In this document: positions 58,115 to 64,000 of the stretch, piece after piece
How the letters are laid out: each line of letters opens with the position of its first letter
Numbering within the stretch: the stretch's first letter is position 1
DNA from: Chrysomallon squamiferum
Lineage: Eukaryota > Animalia > Mollusca
NCBI GenBank assembly: GCA_012295275.1
Contig: CM022678.1
Span: 17,980,001 to 18,044,000, forward strand
Length of the DNA: 64,000 nucleotides
Direction of reading: 5' to 3'
Position numbers and translations under genes: made by a program
Notes under the pieces: generated by a model
Told to the model about the DNA's origin: nothing
Database searches by the model: none
The model's input: only the letters and a program-made list of their open reading frames with translations

Positions 58115-58576
58115 CTGAAACAAACAACAGTACTTACAACAGTTAAAATAATAATAATAACAAGATACCTTTACTTACTGAAACAAGCAAAAGCACTTAA
58201 AACAGTTAAAATAATAATAATAATAATAACAACAAGAAACCTTTACTTATTGAAACAAACAACAGTACTTACAACAGTTAAAATAATAATAATAATAATA
58301 ACAACAAGAAACCTTTACTTACTGAAACAAACAAGAGTACTTACAACAGTTAAAATAATAATAATAATAATAATAAGATACCTTTACTTACTGAAACAAA
58401 CAAGAGTATTTACAACAGTTAAAATAATAACAACAAGAAACCCTTACTCACTGAAACAAACACAATTACTTACAACAGTTAAAATAATAATAATAATAAT
58501 AATAAGATACCTTTACTTACTGAAACAAACAAAAAATTACTTACAACAGTTAAAATAATAATACTAATAACAAGAT
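58102..58576. repeat. Seven ~60-72 bp tandem units, each a copy of the GGT last-exon splice acceptor region with a variable (AAT)n
   Basis: The unit acc(c/t)ttact(c/t)actgaaacaaac..tacttacaacagttaaaataat(aat)n..aaga repeats; the first unit overlaps the real exon boundary. Confidence 0.92.
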
Positions 58577-59079
58577 AATGATACTGATGATGCTGATGAT
58601 GACAGCAATATATTGGCACACAGACAGACAGACAGACAGACAGGCAAACAGAGATGGAGAGAGAGGAATCAGATTTTAAGAAGAGTGAAGATTATTACAA
58701 AGACAATACTGACTTAAATAAATTATTGTTATCATTTTTCTCTTTTTTTTTAAAATTTTTATAATTTTTTTTTTTTAAATAGTTTATTAAATTAACAGAA
58801 TTATGGTAATGATACTGGTAATAATATTAAACCCCAACAGGATTAAATAATTTATTAAATTAATTATTTTGCAATGATGATGTGTGTGATTACATTAAAC
58901 GACAACAATGATCAATCATTTTCTTAATAAAATTAGTTTAATGATGTTGGTGACAATGGCAGTTGTAGTAATGGTAATAATATTAATAATAAAAAAAATA
59001 TATAGGGCAAAAAGAAAAACACATTTTTATACAGAGTGAAATTGAGACAGAGAAAAAAAATATACAGATATATAAATTA

Positions 59080-59320
59080 AAATAAAAATTAAAAATAAAA
59101 ATAAACATAAAAATTAAAAAAATTAAAATTAAAAAAATTAAAATTAAAATTAAAAAATAAAAATTAAAACTAAAAATTTAAATAAAAATTAAAATTAAAA
59201 TTAAAATTAAAATTAAAATTAAAATTAAAATTAAGACTAAGACTAAGACAAAATCTAAAAACTAAAACTAAAACAAAATTTAAAACTAAAAACTAAAATT
59301 AAAAGTAAAAATTAAAAATT
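59080..59320. repeat. (AAAATT)n-like hexamer repeat abutting a GGT donor site
   Basis: Read directly from the sequence. Confidence 0.85.
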
Positions 59321-59323
59321 TAC

Positions 59324-59464
59324 CTTGCATCCCATCCACTCTGTCTGTATAGTTTTCATACTCAGTGCGGTTGGGGTGCCACATGTTATGTAGGCGTGGC
59401 TTCTCAATGGACTCTGTCAGATTCAGCCCAAAGATGAAAGCATTCATAATAGTCTCTGCCACGC
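59324..59464 (-). CDS. GGT: GGT exon: (G)VAETIMNAFIFGLNLTESIEKPRLHNMWHPNRTEYENYTDRVDGMQ
   Basis: Acceptor ttag| and donor AAG|gtaaat, 141 nt; PRLH motif. Confidence 0.93.
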
Positions 59465-59639
59465 CTAACAACATCAACAAAACAAAACAAAATTTTAAAA
59501 TGAATTACCTATGAGTCTGTGATCATTCATAAACACATTGGAAATTAAATACATGTGCAGTACTGTTTGTAATGTTCAACAATAATATTAAAATTAATAA
59601 ATATTTGTATATTAAATACATATATACAATCATACATTG

Positions 59640-59682
<43 letters not shown>

Positions 59683-60066
59683 CACATACACACATATGTA
59701 GACACACACAATACAAACTCACATATACACACATATAAAATAAAAAAGTAGTAAGGCTATTTTATAAATTAATTTTTTTTCTTCTGATGTTACATTCAAT
59801 AAATACTTTTCATAAGAATTATATATAAAACAAAAGTAACTAAATTTTTCAAATAAATACAAAAACACACACCCATTCACAAAATGATAATGATAAATCC
59901 ATCTGTATTCAAAAAATATGGAATCACAAATATAAACATGTAAGCATACACATGCATACACACACACACACACACACACATGTACACACATATATCCACA
60001 GACATATGCATGAATGTTCAGACACACAAACACAAACACTCACAGAATGACAAAGATACACCTATT

Positions 60067-60108
<42 letters not shown>

Positions 60109-60208
60109 TAGATATACAATCACAAATACGTAAATACGTGTGCCTGTACAAACACACACACACACACACAGATGGACGGACAGACACACAGACAGACAGA
60201 CAGTCTAC

Positions 60209-60335
60209 CTGTAAGAATTCTAGTTCCATTCGATCCTCCCACGACCATCCTGATAGAACACGGAGCATCTTTGCTGTACACCACTGTGGGAACCATTGAG
60301 CTGAGTGGCCTCTTTTTCGGTTCAATCAGGTTGTT
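60209..60335 (-). CDS. GGT: GGT exon: NNLIEPKKRPLSSMVPTVVYSKDAPCSIRMVVGGSNGTRILT
   Basis: Acceptor ctcag| and donor CAG|gtagac, 127 nt; N.I.P.KRPLSSM.PT motif. Confidence 0.95.
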
Positions 60336-60410
60336 CTGAGAACAAAGAAACATTTCATTCAAACAGATTGTCTTTTTGTTTACCTCTGTCTACTACACAA
60401 GACAATGAAG

Positions 60411-60510
60411 TGAGTTATAAAGACATAATAATAATAGTAATAATACAATGATAATGGTATAAGTAATAAGTCTTCTTACTAAATAAGATACTGAAATGAG
60501 TTATAAAGAC

Positions 60511-60562
<52 letters not shown>

Positions 60563-60626
60563 AATGATAATGGTATAAGTAATAAGTCTTCTTACTAAAT
60601 AAGATACTGAAATGAGTTATAAAGAC

Positions 60627-60640
<14 letters not shown>
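60411..60640. repeat. Tandem duplication (~2.5 units) of an intronic segment with variable (AAT)n
   Basis: gagttataaagacataataat...acaatgataatggtataagtaataagtcttcttactaaataagatactgaaat is repeated exactly apart from the microsatellite length. Confidence 0.85.
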
Positions 60641-60666
<26 letters not shown>

Positions 60667-61312
60667 TAATAATAATAACAATAATATTAATAACAATGAA
60701 AACAATAATAACAATGATATGAGTAATAATTATTAAGTAAAGTCAAATTATTTTATCTAAATATTATTTAGCATTGAAAAGGTTATTTTTTAATTCTATT
60801 ATTTTTCCCCTGGGTTGTTTTCTCATTCTTTTGACTAATTCTTGTCTTACTTTTAAACATCATGTAATTACAAAAAAGAAAATATATTTCTATCTGAATA
60901 TTTCTAAAAAAGAATAGAAAAATATGTTCAAGACAGATTTAAAGATTATTGTAACACAGACAATTCAAAAATATAAACCATATTATTTCAAAACATTAAA
61001 ATGTATTGGTTTGAAACAAAGATTTGTAGCATTTTCTCAATAGTTTGAGAACATGATTTTATCTGACACTAGACTGAAATATCTGATATGTACACATATT
61101 GTGAAAGATGAACAAAATGGCACGTACCTGGCTGATAAATCATTTAAAAACTGTCCTTGAAATTAACTTAATAAAAAAAATGTTATGAGTTTTTTGTTCT
61201 AACCCATTAAAATGGATAATTATTTTAATTTTGTTATTCATAAAAAATAACAGCACACTGAAACTAGAATAGATATGAATGCACACTCACAAACACACAC
61301 ACACACACACAC

Positions 61313-61376
<64 letters not shown>

Positions 61377-61389
61377 GTAACACACTCAC

Positions 61390-61510
61390 AGGGTTTGGTT
61401 TAAATCCTGGTTCTACATTTATGTTAGGAATGCTGAAGTCTGCCATTTCATTGTTGAGAATAATTCCAGAATCTGTCACCAACAGAGAACCAAACCACAG
61501 ATTCAAAGTC
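61390..61510 (-). CDS. GGT: GGT exon: (A)TLNLWFGSLLVTDSGIILNNEMADFSIPNINVEPGFKPNP
   Basis: Acceptor tttcag| and donor |gtgagt, 121 nt. Confidence 0.95.
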
Positions 61511-61568
61511 CTGAAACAATAAAACATTCAATTAACACTGTTTAATTAGCTGCAAGGCAATCTTAATA

Positions 61569-61897
61569 CAGGCTGAGGTACCCGTAGCCGAAATTTCAAA
61601 AATCGAAAATGCTTCCAAATCAAAAACATTTTTCAACCATCAGAAATAGTGATATCTTATATTTTTGAGATTGTTTTGCATGTATACAAACTTTATTTTA
61701 TGTATAAAATTATTAAAAATACTACACAGAAAATCCTGTAGACAATTTGTGTGAAATATATATGAAATATAAATGGTATTTGAAATGAGACTTAGATTGT
61801 AATATCAGGCTATCTCCTTATATTCTAAAATCTGAAAAATTCCATAATCTGAAACGCTTGCAGGCCAAAACATTTCAAATAAAAGATTCTCAACCTT
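61569..61897. mobile_element. Non-autonomous pogo/Tigger-family DNA transposon (MITE) resembling Tigger4/MER46
   Basis: TA|CAGGCTGAG...CTCAACCTT|TA, i.e. degenerate CAGGTTGAG terminal inverted repeats with TA target duplication. Subterminal and internal segments resemble the Tigger4b/MER46 consensus as I recall it. Confidence 0.75.
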
Positions 61898-62700
61898 TAT
61901 TAAGTACAGATTATGAAAGATTCAGAATATCTAAATAAAAAAGAATTCACATAAATATTAAATCAAATGAATAAAAAGGAATTCACATAAATTAATTTGA
62001 CTGAGAACCAAAACAAAAATTTCTGATGAGTTCTGATATAAAATAAAAATTAAAAAGGCTAAACTTATTTAGCATTGTTTAATTAACTACAACAAATCTA
62101 TAACATCAATTCATATCAACCTTCTCATAAACAGGAAAGCATATACCACAAACATCAATAAAACAATGACTGGAATGGGAAAAACTGACACATGAGTTTC
62201 AACAAAGCAAATTTTCTACTGTTTATACAAGTTTCTAAAAATGTCATTAACCTATGAATAAATTTAATTATATTTTTTGTAATTTTAATCTATTTCTAAT
62301 TCTGTTTTCATTTACATCACAAAATTTCATTTACCCTTTGGTGAACAATTTACTTGTTTAATCCTTCGTGGATTACACTGGGTCTAACAAACCAAGCTCA
62401 TTTTTTTTTTCTTCTTTAGATTTCTTACTCACAGAATTATGTGGTGATGTTGCAATTTCCTATACCTTAATTACAATAACTTTTATTTTTATTTTCAATT
62501 AAATAACCCATATAAAATATTTAAAAAAAAAAATAACAATAAAACCAAAAGCTTTCTATGAGACCCAGTGTAGTTATTCCTTTACAAAAAACCCAGCATG
62601 AACTCTAAAAGGTTATAAACCATTGCTATACATAGATACACATATGTAACTGAAATACTGACAAATTTGTTTAGAATGGGAAAAAAACAAGTTCACTCAC

Positions 62701-62850
62701 GCAGTGGCTGACACCATCAGCTCCTCTGAGTCAACAACAGACAGATGGGTGGTACCCTTGTCCACGCCCGCTTCTAACTCTGGGCCATAATAGGAATAGT
62801 GGTGGCTGGAGTTATCTATCTTTGACCTGAGCTCAGTAGCAAAACCTTTG
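62701..62850 (-). CDS. GGT: GGT exon containing the autocleavage site: (S)KGFATELRSKIDNSSHHYSYYGPELEAGVDKG/TTHLSVVDSEELMVSAT
   Basis: Acceptor ttttag| and donor |gtgagt, 150 nt; GTTHLSVVD Ntn-hydrolase nucleophile motif. Confidence 0.96.
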
Positions 62851-63040
62851 CTAAAAGATTGAAACAATTACTGAGTATATTTTGTATATTTTGTTTTATA
62901 AAGAAAAGTTTAAAAAATTGAAACATACAGAGAGAAAAGAGGAAGATGAAGACATAGAAAAAAGACATGTGTGTGTGTGAATAAAAATCATACAGATATA
63001 TATATATATGTGTGTGTGTGTTGTTTTTGTTATTTTCATT

Positions 63041-63102
<62 letters not shown>

Positions 63103-63342
63103 TCTTACAATTGTTATATGCATGTACTTTCATAACAAAGAAAAAAAAAGATAGACACAGACAGAGAAAGAAATAGAGAGATAGAGACTGAAAGAGAAAG
63201 AGAGACAGAGAGGTAAAGAGAAAGAAATACAGACACATACATTTTAAAGTGAGAAAATCAACAACAGACAAAAACAAATAAACAGTGAAAGTACACAAAG
63301 TATACAAGACATATAAACAAAGTTTGTAATCATAATAAATAC

Positions 63343-63431
63343 CTGATCAGATGATTAGAAATGTCAGTTACATTTGGCTTAAAGTCTGGATCTCCTAGCT
63401 GAGACCTCTGTGCATAGGCAAACTTGAAAGT
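63343..63431 (-). CDS. GGT: GGT exon: TFKFAYAQRSQLGDPDFKPNVTDISNHLI
   Basis: Acceptor tcccag| and donor AG|gtattt, 89 nt; FAYA.R..LGDP.F motif. Confidence 0.95.
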
Positions 63432-63813
63432 CTGGGAGAAAAAAATAATAAATATATATTAATAAACCTTAGATAATTAACTTATAAAACATGCTTAGTA
63501 ATATATTATATTTTTTGTTTTTTAAATATTAATAAAATACTGAAATAAAGATTAAATGATATGAACATTTTATTATGGAATAATTGTAATAAACAGTTTA
63601 ATTATGACGAATAAAAAACGTCCTTTTGCCGTTTTAATTTAACTATCAAAGAAGATAACTCTTGCCGTCCTATCAGTTTCTGCAGTTATCTCCCTTAATT
63701 AATTTGGACAGCTAAGCATATAACAGAAAATTAACAAGAAAATTAACACGATTTTTTAACACAATGTGAAAATTAGGAAAAGAAAATATTGTTAATAATT
63801 TGCTTTTACTTAC

Positions 63814-63944
63814 CTCAACCATTCTCTGGTGGGTCATTGATTTATCTATCTCCTTTCTTGTCCACTTGTAACCGTCCAGAATGTTCAGCATTAAAAGAAG
63901 TGCTGGACCTGATGATGGGGGGGGCATGGTCGCGATAATACTTT
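63814..63944 (-). CDS. GGT: GGT exon: SIIATMPPPSSGPALLLMLNILDGYKWTRKEIDKSMTHQRMVE
   Basis: Acceptor tttag| and donor GAG|gtaagt, 131 nt; PPPSSG..L...LNIL motif. Confidence 0.94.
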
Positions 63945-64000
63945 CTAAACAACAAATAGTTTGTTTTTAAATGAATGAAAAACAGGTATTATATTTTTAA

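Larger units (their letters stand above)
57942..63944 (-). other. GGT: Gene span (5'-partial): gamma-glutamyltranspeptidase / glutathione hydrolase proenzyme, GGT family with some GGT7-like features
   Basis: Seven phase-consistent exons give PPPSSG, E.FKFAYA.RS.LGDP.F, G-TTHLSVVD (nucleophile Thr), TLN..FGS, GIILNNEM.DFS, KRPLSSM.PT, PRLH and SDSRK. Confidence 0.95.

Noticed and set aside
58102-58576. Repeat with variable inter-unit sequence as CRISPR-like
   Set aside because: The variable part is only (AAT)n length; the units are copies of a splice-acceptor region.

Overview
AT-rich, microsatellite-dense animal genomic DNA. It is plausibly a mollusc such as a cephalopod, but that is inferred only from repeat style and gene structure. 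I reconstructed three spliced protein-coding genes by hand from GT-AG boundaries with consistent intron phases. (1) A 5'-truncated Tbr1/Eomes-subfamily T-box gene lies on + (five exons, 3964-9047), with a reading-frame break in its last exon. (2) An unrecognised four-coding-exon gene on + (20742-50779) encodes about 1385 aa: one I-set Ig domain, a short-linear-motif exon, a long K/E/T/S-rich disordered region with repeated (V/I/L)xLK(S/T) motifs and a C-terminal hydrophobic hairpin. It also has one frame break. (3) The 3' half of a gamma-glutamyltranspeptidase (GGT) gene lies on - (seven exons, 63944-57942). Its TAG is followed directly by a splice-donor-like site, and an in-frame poly-Thr exon candidate lies downstream. 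The window also holds a Tigger4/MER46-like MITE, tRNA-derived SINE-like heads, several minisatellites (one built from a GGT splice acceptor), a fold-back repeat, and clusters of CRE and RFX X-box motifs. Most ORF-track entries are microsatellite translations. No searches could be run, so family calls rest on recalled motifs.
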